A stretch of 63,510 nt of DNA, counting the filler, from Octopus bimaculoides (lineage: Eukaryota): assembly GCF_001194135.2 (NCBI RefSeq). It is 10 parts of 10 records of this genome, joined end to end, with 100 filler letters (N's around TTAATTAATTAA, not from the genome) between each part and the next. Parts side by side here need not be neighbours in the genome. Positions count along the whole stretch, not along the records: positions 23,355 to 26,656 come from NC_068991.1; positions 26,757 to 45,290 come from NC_068981.1; 8 more parts are not named here. One strand, written 5' to 3'. Of the stretch, positions 26,612 to 39,195 are shown in pieces. The notes under the pieces are model-generated. The model made no database searches and had not been told where the DNA came from. It saw only the letters and a program-made list of their open reading frames with translations. The position numbers were made by a program, and so were the translations under genes. Each line of letters starts with the position of its first letter. Position 1 is the stretch's first letter.

Positions 26612-26656
<45 letters not shown>

Positions 26657-27245
26657 NNNNNNNNNNNNNNNNNNNNNNNNNNNNNNNNNNNNNNNNNNNN
26701 TTAATTAATTAANNNNNNNNNNNNNNNNNNNNNNNNNNNNNNNNNNNNNNNNNNNNGGAGGAGGAGTTAATACAATAGGTTCTAGTACTAGAATGAGTAT
26801 TTGACTTCAACTAAGGATTATTGGGGCGATAGAAATGATTAACTCCCTTCTACAAAAATTGCCGGATTTGGACCTTAATCAGTGCCTTATTAGTGAATTT
26901 GGTTGACGAAAACTGAAAAATGCCCGTCATATTGACAAGACCCTTAACCCTTTGGAGGTCGTTGAGGCGCTGCAGCCATGCAGCGTATCTAGGACAAGAG
27001 TCTGGCGGAGTCCATCCCTCATACGAGAAAATCACTCCACATAGTTTGGTTGTTATCATTTTCATAAGGTGTGTGGGTACGAATTTTGCATACCAATATT
27101 GTTGGGAAAGAAAACGAGTCAAGATTAAATGCAAGGTATACATAATTGGGTTTTTAAATGACTGAAATAACAAGTAATTAAAAAATCGACATTTCATGTG
27201 AAACTAATACATGTAAATATATCGCAAGGCAGTGATCCAGCATGA

Positions 27246-28055
27246 CCTGGAGTGGCTCTGTGGTAAGTGGCTTGCTTACCAACCACATGGTTCTGGGTTC
27301 AGTCCCACTGCGTGGCACCTTGGGCAAGTGTCTTCTACTATAGCCTCGGGCCGACCAAAGCCTTGTGAGTGGATTTGGAAGACAGAAACTGAAAGAAGCC
27401 CGTCGTATATATGTATATATATGTATGTGTATGTGTATATATATATATATNNNNNNNNNNNNNNNNNNNNNNNNNNNNNNNNNNNNNNNNNNNNNNNNNN
27501 NNNNNNNNNNNNNNNNNNNNNNNNNNNNNNNNNNNNNNNNNNNNNNNNNNNNNNNNNNNNNNNNNNNNNNNNNNNNNNNNNNNNNNNNNNNNNNNNNNNN
27601 NNNNNNNNNNNNNNNNNNNNNNNNNNNNNNNNNNNNNNNNNNNNNNNNNNNNNNNNNNNNNNNNNNNNNNNNNNNNNNNNNNNNNNNNNNNNNNNNNNNN
27701 NNNNNNNNNNNNNNNNNNNNNNNNNNNNNNNNNNNNNNNNNNNNNNNNNNNNNNNNNNNNNNNNNNNNNNNNNNNNNNNNNNNNNNNNNNNNNNNNNNNN
27801 NNNNNNNNNNNNNNNNNNNNNNNNNNNNNNNNNNNNNNNNNNNNNNNNNNNNNNNNNNNNNNNNNNNNNNNNNNTCGCTTGACAACCGATGCTGGTGTGT
27901 TTACGCCCCCGTAACTTAGCGGTTCGGCAAAAGAGACCGATAGAATAAGTACTAGGCTTCCAAAGAATAAGTCCTGGGGTCGATTTGCTCGACTAAAGGC
28001 GGTGCTCCAGCATGGCCGCAGTCAAATGACTGAAACAAGTAAAAGAGTGAAGATT
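27246..28055 (+). mobile_element. tRNA-derived CORE-type SINE, family A (OR-like), full length with an internal microsatellite and gap
   Basis: Head GGAGTGGCTCTGTGGTAAG...GGTTCAGTCCC (A/B boxes), then CORE-like GGCACCTTGGGCAAGTG, a (TA/TG)n middle, and the tail ...GCGGTTCGGCAAAAGAGACCG...GAAACAAGTAAAAGAG. Confidence 0.88.
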
Positions 28056-28844
28056 AAAGAGTATACACACACATACATATATATACACGCACACGCACAC
28101 GCACACACGCACACGCACACACGCACACGCACACACACGATGGGTTTCCTCACAGCGCGCGCACACGCTGACACACACACATACACATGCACATACACAC
28201 ACACGCACACGCACACGCGCACATACACACACACACACACACAATACACACACGTATGGGAAAGAAGGAAATCAATCTTACTTTTAACGGATAATCTGTC
28301 AGAGCTTCGTGCGAGCCAAAGAATGAAGTAACAACGTGTCGAAAACCCCCATAAATATCCCAGCAGTAATTAACAGAGTGCGCCGGGTGCAGTTCTGACA
28401 CCCGAAGCAACATACATTCTACAGAACCATTTTTCATTTGCTACCCAAGTTAACCTAAGCGTTAGGCATCTGTCAATATTGCCTTCTCTATTTTCACAGA
28501 TGGTGTTTGAATATTCGTTTGATATCGAATTGTCGGTGGTGTTGGAGTTAGTAGTGACAACTGTAATGTGGTCGGGGTTATCCCGGCTGGTACTTGATGA
28601 GTGCGTCATCGGGGATGAGGAAGATGGTAGTGGTGATGCTGATGAAGTAAGTGATGAAGATATTAGTTCCCATTATGATGTTGACAAATATGAGTACTGA
28701 TTGTTATTGCGATAGGGCGGGTGGGGGAAAATGGGAAATAGTTGGGGGCAGAGGAGTTGCCACAGCAGTGGTAGTAGAGGTAATGGTTCAAAGTAGTAGT
28801 CGGTCAGTGATAATGATAGTATTGCTGATAAATCTGGTTGTGGT

Positions 28845-28887
28845 GGCGGCGGCAGCGGCGGCGGCGGCGGTGGCGGCGGCGGCGGCG
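28845..28887. repeat. (GGC)n trinucleotide tract running into a gap
   Basis: Directly visible; the only GC-rich triplet tract in the window. Confidence 0.9.
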
Positions 28888-29775
28888 NNNNNNNNNNNNN
28901 NNNNNNNNNNNNNNNNNNNNNNNNNNNNNNNNNNNNNNNNNNNNNNNNNNNNNNNNNNNNNNNNNNNNNNNNNNNNNNNNNNNNNNNNNNNNNNNNNNNN
29001 NNNNNNNNNNNNNNNNNNNNNNNNNNNNNNNNNNNNNNNNNNNNNNNNNNNNNNNNNNNNNNNNNNNNNNNNNNNNNNNNNNNNNNNNNNNNNNNNNNNN
29101 NNNNNNNNNNNNNNNNNNNNNNNNNNNNNNNNNNNNNNNNNNNNNNNNNNNNNNNNNNNNNNNNACGACATGGGTGATAATGACGACTACGACAGCGATC
29201 GTGAGGAGGCGATGACGATTTAGACAAAAAGGAAGAGTTTAATGATGGCCTATAATTTATAGTAGTTGTTATGTAATAATTTATAGTAACTGTTATAGCT
29301 GTAATAACGAGCTGCAGATGGGCGGATTGACTGTGCGTCAGTTTTCTCACCCAGCGGTTGTCAGTTCGTATCTTGTATCACTGTGATCCTGTTGAGACTG
29401 TCACCAAGTCAACTCTTGTTCTGATTTTGGCAGCGTGTGAAATTTAGTGTGTAATTGTCCATCTGACGTTACTCTTAAACTCACTTGATCTTCAAGAATT
29501 AACAACCAAATCTCTCCTTCTCTCACACACGCACACACATATATACAAAGTATTTTCTACAGTAGGAAAAAGGTATAGTCGATTAAGTGTACCCAAGTAT
29601 ACGACATCTATTTTGATACGATACCTATTTTGGCCGACCCTGAAGAAATACAAAACGAAGTCATTCATAAGATTTGAACTGTGAGTTTTATAGTTTGCTT
29701 CTGTCTTTTAGATCTCTGAAGTAAATTAAAAATTTTGGATTCTATAGACTCTGTGTGTGTGTGCGTGTGCGTGCG

Positions 29776-29860
<85 letters not shown>

Positions 29861-29934
29861 GTGTGTGTGTGTGTGCTTGCGTGTATGTGTAAAGTAGAAG
29901 GCAATGTAGTGATACATAGTAAGGCGACGATTTG

Positions 29935-30345
29935 ACATAATTGTTAGCACGCCAGACAAATTGCTCAACGGTATTTCGTCCGGCTTTACGATCTGAGTTC
30001 AAATTCGTCGAGATCGACTTTGCCTATCATCCTTTCAAGTTCGATAGAATGAGTACCGATTGAGCACTAAGGTCGATGTAATTGATTTAGTCCCTCACTT
30101 GAAATTACTGGCCTTGTGCCACAATTTGAAACTAATAGAGTGAAATAATTGTTAGCACGCCAGGCAAATTGCTGAGCGGCATTTCGTCCGTCTTAACGAT
30201 CTCACTTTGAATTCCCTGAGGTCGTCGTTGCCTTTCGTCTTTTCTGGTTCCATAAAAATAAGTACCAATAGAGCAATGGAGGTTAATCTAATCAAGTTAA
30301 CCCTTCTTCCTAACGTGCTGGCCTTGTGCCAAATTTCGAAACTAA
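29935..30345 (+). mobile_element. Two tandem copies of SINE family B (other copies at about 2654-2860, 37160-37410, 49755-50170, 56068-56285 and 56415-56630)
   Basis: attgttagcacgcc...gagttcaaattc...gtcgactttgcc...ggccttgtgcc occurs twice. Confidence 0.8.
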
Positions 30346-31963
30346 AATAGTGAAACTTTGAGTAGTGCAGTAGAGTGTAACGTAATGGAGTTTAGTAGAG
30401 AGTAGCATAATGTAATGTTGTGAGGATGTGCGGCTGGGATGTTTGACACGCAATCATTACGTCGTGGGTTCAATCCCCAGATCTGGTGGTGTGTTTCCCT
30501 TTGAGAAAGGTGCTGCATTTCGCGTTATTTTGAGTCCACAAGGCTGGAAATGTGTACCAGTGATAGCGATTCAGCTGCTTAAGCCGAGATAAACTTTATC
30601 CTAATCTACCTGTAGTTTCATAACAATGTAGTGTGACGCATCGTATGTTTATGACCATATAGTGCTTAGAGTAGTTCAAATAAGCTTCAATTTGAGTTTA
30701 TTTTATGCTTCAAGACTGCATTTTATTCCAATATTTTCCCTCTTCTATTTCAAATATTTGATTGCTTTTTTTCTGTTTGTGAAGTTTAGTCCTTCCAACT
30801 GGCACTTCATAGAAGTAAACATGTTGGACGTCTGTTGTTCTTGTTGAAGTTACATCGATTTTCTTTTTTGCTTTTCACTTTTTATTTTTGCTGTTTTTCA
30901 CTTTTTATTTAATCATTTGTTTTTTTTTTTCCATATTCGCAATATATTGTTAGGATTATTACGTACGTGTTTAAACTCTGTTGCTACCCGTTCCTTCTAT
31001 AATTGTTCATATTGATTTACATATAGTATCAGTTTTTTCATCGGACTTTTTGTTTTATTTCTTTTCTCTTTATATATATATATATNNNNNNNNNNNNNNN
31101 NNNNNNNNNNNNNNNNNNNNNNNNNNNNNNNNNNNNNNNNNNNNNNNNNNNNNNNNNNNNNNNNNNNNNNNNNNNNNNNNNNNNNNNNNNNNNNNNNNNN
31201 NNNNNNNNNNNNNNNNNNNNNNNNNNNNNNNNNNNNNNNNNNNNNNNNNNNNNNNNNNNNNNNNNNNNNNNNNNNNNNNNNNNNNNNNNNNNNNNNNNNN
31301 NNNNNNNNNNNNNNNNNNNNNNNNNNNNNNNNNNNNNNNNNNNNNNNNNNNNNNNNNNNNNNNNNNNNNNNNNNNNNNNNNNNNNNNNNNNNNNNNNNNN
31401 NNNNNNNNNNNNNNNNNNNNNNNNNNNNNNNNNNNNNNNNNNNNNNNNNNNNNNNNNNNNNNNNNNNNNNNNNNNNNNNNNNNNNNNNNNNNNNNNNNNN
31501 NNNNNNNNNNNNNNNNNNNNNNNNNNNNNNNNNNNNNNNNNNNNNNNNNNNNNNNNNNNNNNNNNNNNNNNNNNNNNNNNNNNNNNNNNNNNNNNNNNNN
31601 NNNNNNNNNNNNNNNNNNNNNNNNNNNNNNNNNNNNNNNNNNNNNNNNNNNNNNNNNNNNNNNNNNNNNNNNNNNNNNNNNNNNNNNNNNNNNNNNNNNN
31701 NNNNNNNNNNNNNNNNNNNNNNNNNNNNNNNNNNNNNNNNNNNNNNNNNNNNNNNNNNNNNNNNNNNNNNNNNNNNNNNNNNNNNNNNNNNNNNNNNNNN
31801 NNNNNNNNNNNNNNNNNNNNNNNNNNNNNNNNNNNNNNNNNNNNNNNNNNNNNNNNNNNNNNNNNNNNNNNNNNNNNNNNNNNNNNNNNNNNNNNNNNNN
31901 NNNNNNNNNNNNNNNNNNNNNNNNNNNNNNNNNNNNNNNNNNNNNNNNNNNNNNNNNNNNNNN

Positions 31964-32042
<79 letters not shown>

Positions 32043-32331
32043 AGATACATAATAAACTAAGCATAAACATTTTGTTAACTGACAAAGAAAGAATTAACAA
32101 GAACATTCAGTTTGTATTTTCAGTAGAAACATGAATCAAACTGAACATAAAGAATGCCTCATGTTTCAAGCCTTGTTATAAATTTACGTCCTTTGTTTGA
32201 AGAAATAAATCATAGTTACCCTACCAGGTAAAATGAATTTCAGTCGGTTATTAAAAGTGTTTAAATCGAAAGTAGCCAGTTAAAGAATGCCTAAGTTTCA
32301 TCTGTAACATTGTCAACATTGAGAATGTTTT

Positions 32332-32733
32332 CCTATGACATACACAACAGCGAATAGTTTATATGTGTTCTAATCTCCCGGAACGTATTCAGAATAAATA
32401 TGCAAATCGCCTTTTCGAATTTCGCTGTTCACTGTTCATATGACGGTTTATTATCGGTTGGCAGATATCCGCTCGGATCAGTGAATAATTTGTTCGCTGA
32501 AATTATAAACAAGTCCATCGGATATTTCTGACTGACGAGGCACAACATGTCGAACCACTGGCGTATAAGAATCCCTTCTATTAATGAACGCTTAGTTGTC
32601 CTAAAGGAGAAACTGTACTCCTGTGACGAACACAACAGCGATTAGTATATTTGCCTTCGAATCTGCCGGAATGTATTAAGAATAAATATGTAAGTCATAT
32701 TTTTGAATCACTGTGTATATGACGATTTATTAT
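32332..32733. repeat. Diverged direct duplication of about 120 bp (32332-32453 and 32620-32733)
   Basis: Shared cct.tgac..acacaacagcga.tagt.tat...ccggaa.gtatt.agaataaatatg...cactgt..atatgacg.tttattat. The offset is 288 bp, and 279 bp after an indel. Confidence 0.75.
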
Positions 32734-33924
32734 TCAATATTTATTTTTATTTTGCTTACTATTTTTCAACATACGCTCTGAGTTCCCCAGGTAAATCCAC
32801 TGAAATCTCGTAGCCGCGGTCTACTCTGTCTACCTATAAAACTGAATGGATTGCCAGTTGAAATTACGTGATACTGCAACACATTTGGATACTGTGATAT
32901 ATTTGGAAGTCATAAAGACTTAGATAGTCTCATGACTGAATAGATGTTGGTCATTGCACCCCTCAGATATTTTTTTGAGAATTTCTTAATTAAGCTCAAA
33001 ACGTTGTCCGCGTGAATTGTTTATATCCTCGTCGCCACTGTTATAATGTGGATCCTCGTCCACATGCATGTTATTGTCAACACTGTAATACTCTTGTCAC
33101 CACTATTATGTTGTGGCGGTATTCCGCGTCTTATTATCTTTGACTCATCTATCGCGCTATCGCTGATAGCTCCGCAAGACAATGACTTTGAAACGTCTAC
33201 CTTGACGATAACTTGAACTCGTATATCACACGGAACTGGCTCTGACTCCAACTGAAAACTCGTACGACTCTGCTACTACTGACCTTCTCCAACGACTGAC
33301 TGTCTGACTGTTTCATACCACTTTGTCACGTGGGAAGGGGAGTACCATTTTCACAACAATAATAAAGATAGAAGCTGTTTGTGTTCAAGTCAGTAGAGCA
33401 CCGAACGAAATACCTTACAGTACTTACATCTAGAAATTGACAGTATTAGACATTGCAATCATCAGTTTGTGACAGAAAAGCGAAGCAAACATACTTTCTT
33501 TCCGCTCTCCCTTTTATTTTTATTTTGTGTGTGTGTGGAGGGAGAGGTGAACTAACGCTCGACAAGACTACTGCACTTTTCTCTCTCAAATTATTGTAAT
33601 AATGGTTTATATAATTTGCATTCAAAATATGGTAGTTAATTCATAATTAGTATTAATAATACTAACAATAAGTGGCAAGCACAGTGAAACAAGAAATAAA
33701 CCCCCTGCCAGTCGAAAGAGATGCACAGTTGTAATTTCTAGTCGAAGCCACTTCATTTCCAATAGACCACTAATACCCTTCAAAAAAGATCAAAGTTACA
33801 TCATTACCATGTCCTTTGCTTCATTTCTTTAATATGTTAATAATTTCTGTCTAATCAAAAGGAAATCAGTATTATTAAAAAATATGTTGCTATCATATCA
33901 GTATTATTAAAAAATATGTTGCTA

Positions 33925-34195
33925 TCTTTTATCTTTTACTTTTGCGTCAGTAGATGAAGGAGCTGGGGCACTGCTCTGAGAATATTAGTCGAACGAATTG
34001 ACTCCAGTACTTATTTTATTGGTCTCTTTTGTCAAACCGCTAGGTTTCGTCTAAGTTTCGTCTAGCAAATCTACTCGCAAAACTTTGGTCGGCTGGAAGT
34101 TATAGTAGAAGACACTTTCCCAAGGTGCCACGCGGACAGACTGATCTCAGAACCATGTGATTGGGAGGCAAACGTCTTACCATTTAGCCACACCT
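33925..34195 (-). mobile_element. SINE family A, degenerate
   Basis: Reverse-complement similarity to tail and head. Confidence 0.7.
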
Positions 34196-34224
34196 ATATG
34201 GATGTATGTAAGTATGCATATATA

Positions 34225-34370
34225 CAGGGTTATTCAAAAAGAATGAACCGATTTCACTATGCCATATTTTAATAAGTAAAAGCAATAGAAAATTCTAGCT
34301 AAGTCACGAGTATTTACTCACACTCAACTACTATTTCTTGTCTTGCAAGTGTTCAATGTGGTCACCACTT
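34225..34370 (+). mobile_element. Tc1/mariner terminal fragment
   Basis: TA|CAGGGTTATTCAAAAAGAATGA terminus; the partner end was not found. Confidence 0.45.
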
Positions 34371-35235
34371 TTTGAAGATTTTGTGAGAATTTGGGATCTG
34401 CTGAGAGTTTATGATTGAATAGATTACAAGAGTTCAGAATTAAATCAACTTCAAAGAAAATCTTTTTTTCAACTTACTTAAAAGGGAAAAATAATCTTTT
34501 GAATCACTGAATAATTTTCGTTCGCAGTTCCATACGCTAAATTAAGAATTAAGTTAACGAATGATCCAGAACAAATATTTCAGTTTTTTTTTCTTTTTCT
34601 ATTTTTTTGTGATTGATATTAACTCTTCAGGAATGAAGCACTTGCTGATTATATGCTAATTAATAAGAATATTTCTGTAGCTGCGGTATCAAGCCTTGTT
34701 TCAAATATTTATTCCTAGTATGACTATGAATGAGTTGTCTTGCATAATTTCTTTGGAACTGACATTAAATAAAGTAATATCCAAGGAAGATTTATTACAA
34801 AAGCTAACATGGAAACTGCTCTTCAATTCCACTGATTAACATAGTTTCATGTATAGAGTCATTGACTGTAATACAAGGACTGAAATACATATAAGTTAAA
34901 TAGATCGATCTCTTCCTGTCCAACTGCAGCAAGAAATAAAGGATAAACTATGTACGACTGTATCACATAGGAGAGAAACCAAGTGTGATTATAAGAGCAC
35001 AAAACAAATATATCGGCAGATGCACGGATTCGTAAATCAGAAGGAATATTAATAATGTGCGCTGACATTAAAGTTTACATTAATAATTGTATTTATACTT
35101 CATCTCATCCAAATATTGATACAATGTTTGCTTTATTAAATAACCTGCAATATTTATCAAAGCTAGATGATCGTTATAGTAATTGGAAAATTGAGCTCAG
35201 AAAAGAGAACAAATAAATATGCGTTAATGTTATTA

Positions 35236-35332
<97 letters not shown>

Positions 35333-35865
35333 TGTGTTCGTGTGGTTGATAAATGTAAGTTCCATATTTTAAATGTGTCATGGATAATAATATTAATAAT
35401 TTCGACCTTGTCTAAATCATACAAGATGACATAGCGATGTATGTATTGAGAGTTTGTGAGCTTAACAGTAAACAATGAAATTGAAACTTCGTCAACATTT
35501 GGAACCTGTGGAACTGAACGAAATGTATTTCTAGATTCAAACAGAAGCTTTAATGAATCAAATTATCAGCATTCATACTCTCCAGTTAATACAGATGCTG
35601 GTTGGCTATTATGTGGCATTAGCCAGTTATTATTGTTGTTGGTGTATTCAGACTTAGTCAGCCCTACTAAAACCTCATTTAAAAGTATAAGAATACAGTT
35701 TTAAATGTACTTTTAAATGTATCTTCCAGCGTACAAGTCGACATAGTAGATAGTGTAAACATATAGTGTAAACATATAGTGTAAACATTAATAGACGGTG
35801 ACTATCACCATCTTTTCAAATCCTGCTGTATTTCACTGGAATTTTTGGTCCTCCAAAGTTGTCTT

Positions 35866-36530
35866 GCATCTTGTTCAAAACGGGGGCACCAGTATTTTCT
35901 TAACGAAACACTTTGAAACTTGGGACACTGGTAGAATGTATCATATAAAACATCTTTTTCTCTTAGTCTTCTTAACAAAAAAACGTACATCGCAAGTTAT
36001 TTCATGTTAAAGTTGTCGTATTTCTGTAATTTCAACCAATCACTGACGTCTATTCAGCTGTATACATTAAGTGCTGACTACGTAAACAAACGATTCTCGC
36101 GGTGATAAAATTATTATTTCCTTGTCAAAAAATAGCTGAAGCATATTGGCAGTAGCTAATAAACCTTTCTATTATAGGNNNNNNNNNNNNNNNNNNNNNN
36201 NNNNNNGTCAATTAGGGTTAGGGTTAGGGTTAGGGAAAACGAACACACGTGTGTTGCCTCTGCAAAATGTCAGAAGTAATGGAGATTAAATACGCTTTAC
36301 ACCGCTTAAACTGTCAAAGGAGTAAGTGTAAACAGTTGAATACTTGTCAGTGATTGGTTGAAATTATCGAAATAAGACAATTTTTTACATGAAATAAATT
36401 CGAATACAAAAATTATTTTCTGTTCTATAACACAAAATAGATAAGTATACGAAGTTTGAAAGTCTTTCGGTACCAAAAACACTACATAAAACATAAATGA
36501 AAACTGGTGCCCCCGTTTTGAACAAGATCC
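35866..36530. mobile_element. Non-autonomous foldback DNA transposon with about 200-bp inverted arms and an 8-bp TSD (Merlin- or MULE-like)
   Basis: Left end GCATCTTGTTCAAAACGGGGGCACCAGT; right end ACTGGTGCCCCCGTTTTGAACAAGATCC. Inner arms 36003-36070 and 36325-36395 are also reverse complements. GTTGTCTT lies directly on both sides (35858-65 and 36531-38). Confidence 0.85.
36212..36235 (+). repeat. Interstitial (TTAGGG)4 telomere-type repeat
   Basis: Four perfect TTAGGG units are visible right after a 28-N gap. Confidence 0.9.
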
Positions 36531-37400
36531 GTTGTCTTGATGTATAAGTCGACCTACCATTTTTGGCTGTGAACTTTGGTCTGAAAGCGTCAATTTTTAT
36601 GTCTGAAAATACTGCAAGCTACATTTGAGCAATCTTAACACTGAAAGAATTGTTTGTATTGCTTTCATACTAGTAATACTTTCATACAGAGATGGAAAGA
36701 AAATCAAAAATTAAATGAGAATTTTATGGTGTTGTCCACTGTGTTTAATGCCGACGAAATGTTTACTACTGAAAGATTTTCAATGTACACAAAGGACATT
36801 AAAATGTATATTTTTGCAACGGTTAAATAGTTCTTACAGTGAATTTTAAAGGATAATTAATTGAGCATAATTTATAATTCGTAGCAGTTTTAAAACACAA
36901 AATACTGTGGGTAAATGTATAATTGATATAAGTTCATAAACTCGACTGAAATTGTTCAAACTTGATACAGATGAATATATTTTTAATATATCAAATTCAT
37001 TGTTTATAGTGAGTGCCAAAACGTCATCGCAAAAACATTTAGAAAATTAACAATGCAAGAATTATGAAATGAGTCAAGAGTAATAGCCGAATGTTAATAA
37101 CTCACTTGAAAGCTGATTATCAATGTTATGAAAATTTCTAATTGTAAGTATTAAGCTCTAATATAGGCACGCGACCACAAGTGTTTGGAGAATGGACAGT
37201 TAATTTAATCGACTTGGCTTAAATGGTACTTATTTTATCGAGCTCTGATAGAAGCAAGGCAAACTTTTAACTAGGTAGCATTTGAACTTCGTATGAAATA
37301 AGATGTAACTAAATACTATAAAGCATTTTATTCGCTACTTTGCCAATTCTGTCAGCAACATTCTGCTAATTATAATAATCCTGTCTACTATAGGCACAAG

Positions 37401-39017
37401 GATGTCTCCAGGCTCTCCAAGCAACGCACATCTGTCCACGAAGAGATGGAAAAATTGCTTCTCCTGTGTATCAAAGAGAAGAACTCGCAGGGGATACGAT
37501 TACAGAGACCATCATCTGCGAGAAAACACGAACGCTGTATGGGGATCCCCTGAAACAGAACCCTGGAACATCGACTGATAAAACATCAGCAGACGCTTTT
37601 AAGGCAAGTCGCAGCTGGTTCAATAATTTCAAGAAGAGGACTGATGTTCATAGCTTCGTCAGATATGGAGAAACAGCGAGTTCTGACACGAAGACAGCTG
37701 AGGATTTCGTGTGTGAATTCCGTCAGCTCATTGGACCCGGGGGGTACATCGCACAACAGGTATTCAGCTGTGATAAAACTGGCCTTTTTTTAGAAAAAAA
37801 TGCTCAGAAGAACCTACATAACTGCAGATTAGAAGAAAATGCCAGGTCACAAGCCTATAAAAGATAGGCTAACTCACGCCTTTTGTGCCAATGCGAGTGG
37901 AGACTTGAAGATAAACCGCTCTTTGTCTACCATTCCGAAAACCCACGAGCGTTCAAGTCGCACAAAATCCTGAAGGAGAAGATGCAGGTCATGTGGAGGG
38001 CAAACTTTGAAGCTTTGGTCACCAGGCAATTCTTCACTGAGCGGGTCAACCTTATCTTCGGACCAGCAGTGAAAAAAATTACCTTCCGGAGAATAATCTT
38101 CCTCTTAAGGTCCTCCTCACCCTCGACAGTGCTCCTGCTCACCCTCCTAACACGCACACAAATACTACCAAACGAATTTAAATTCATAAAAGTTCTACAC
38201 CTTTCGCGCAACACCACCCCTACCTTGCAGCTCATAGACCAACAGGGGATTTCTAATTTTAAGAAATTTTACAACAAACACGTATTTCGTCGGTGCTTTG
38301 AAGTCACCGAAAATATAAATCTAACCCTTCGTGAGTTTTGGAAAGAGTACTACAACATTGTTAACTGCCTGAAAATCATCAATATGGGCTGGTAGAGTGT
38401 AACGAGGAGAACGTTGAATTATGCATGTTGGAAACTGTGTCCTGACTGCGTATCCGAAAGAGACTTCGATGAGTTTGTGTCTGCGACACGTGTAGTTGAG
38501 TTTTTATTTAATGACACTGCTCTGGCGCATTTTCGTAACATTTTGAAAGGCAGGAAAAAGCAGACTTCTCTTGATATGTTTCAAATGAAACGACCTGCAA
38601 GCGTGAAAAGTGAAGAAACTAAGCGAAGTGAGAGAGAAAATGCCACGAATTATTCTTCTTGAAGTCTTAATGGAAGGAGATTCTCCTTCCAAACAATAAT
38701 CCTCCTCCTCCTCGCTCCATCATCTTTATCACGCATAATTCGTCCCATATTTAAGGTAATAAAAATTTATAAAACCAGTCTACATATTTCTTTTGCATTC
38801 TTTTTTATTATGTTTTTATGATTGTCATTTTCCTTGTAACAGCACCTTTTCTGTTTTAAGACTCATAAAAAATTATTTTTGGGTGGCCTTGTGGGGCTGG
38901 AATAGGTTAATTATGTTTTAATTAATTTCAATGGGAAAAATTGATTTGTAAAACGAGTAAATCGTAAAACAAGCTCAGTTATAAAACGAAGTAAACTCGT
39001 ACTGCGAGGTATCGCTG
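37401..39017 (+). mobile_element. Tigger (TIGD1-like, pogo superfamily) transposon, 5'-truncated, with a frameshifted transposase
   Basis: Peptides LSKQRTSVHEEMEKLLL, LAGDTITETIICEK, FKASRSWFNNFKKR, QQVFSCDKTGLF, KPLFVYHSENPRAFKSHKILKEK, QQGISNFKKFYNKHVFRRCFEVTENINLTLREFWK and CWKLCPDCVSERDF. The 3' TIR ...CTCGTACTGCGAGGTATCGCTG is followed by TA at 39018-19. Confidence 0.95.
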
Positions 39018-39024
39018 TATATAT

Positions 39025-39195
39025 AGGCGCAGGCATAGCTGTGTGGTAAGAAGCTTGTTTCCCAACCACATGGCTCCGAGTTTAGTCCCACTACGTGGCA
39101 CCTTGGGCAAGTGTCTTTTACTATAACCTCGAGCCGACCAAAGCCTTGTGAGTGAAGTTGGTAGATGGAAACTGAAAGAAGCCTGCCGCATATAA
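39025..39195 (+). mobile_element. SINE family A head, directly after the Tigger TIR
   Basis: Same head and CORE sequence. Confidence 0.85.

Noticed and set aside
26850-27197. 115-aa minus ORF containing GWT and SCP
   Set aside because: It lacks EGF Cys spacing and usable splice sites, and is more likely degraded transposon sequence.
33021-33420. Possible solo LTR (TG...AATAAA...CA) or LITAF-like peptide PHACYCQHCNTLVTT
   Set aside because: I found no matching TSD, no second LTR and no PBS/PPT, and the rest of the LITAF domain is absent.
35456-35704. 82-aa plus ORF and a minus-strand exon-like frame (LTKSEYTNNNNNWLMPH...)
   Set aside because: No recognisable domain, weak splice signals, and a length compatible with chance.
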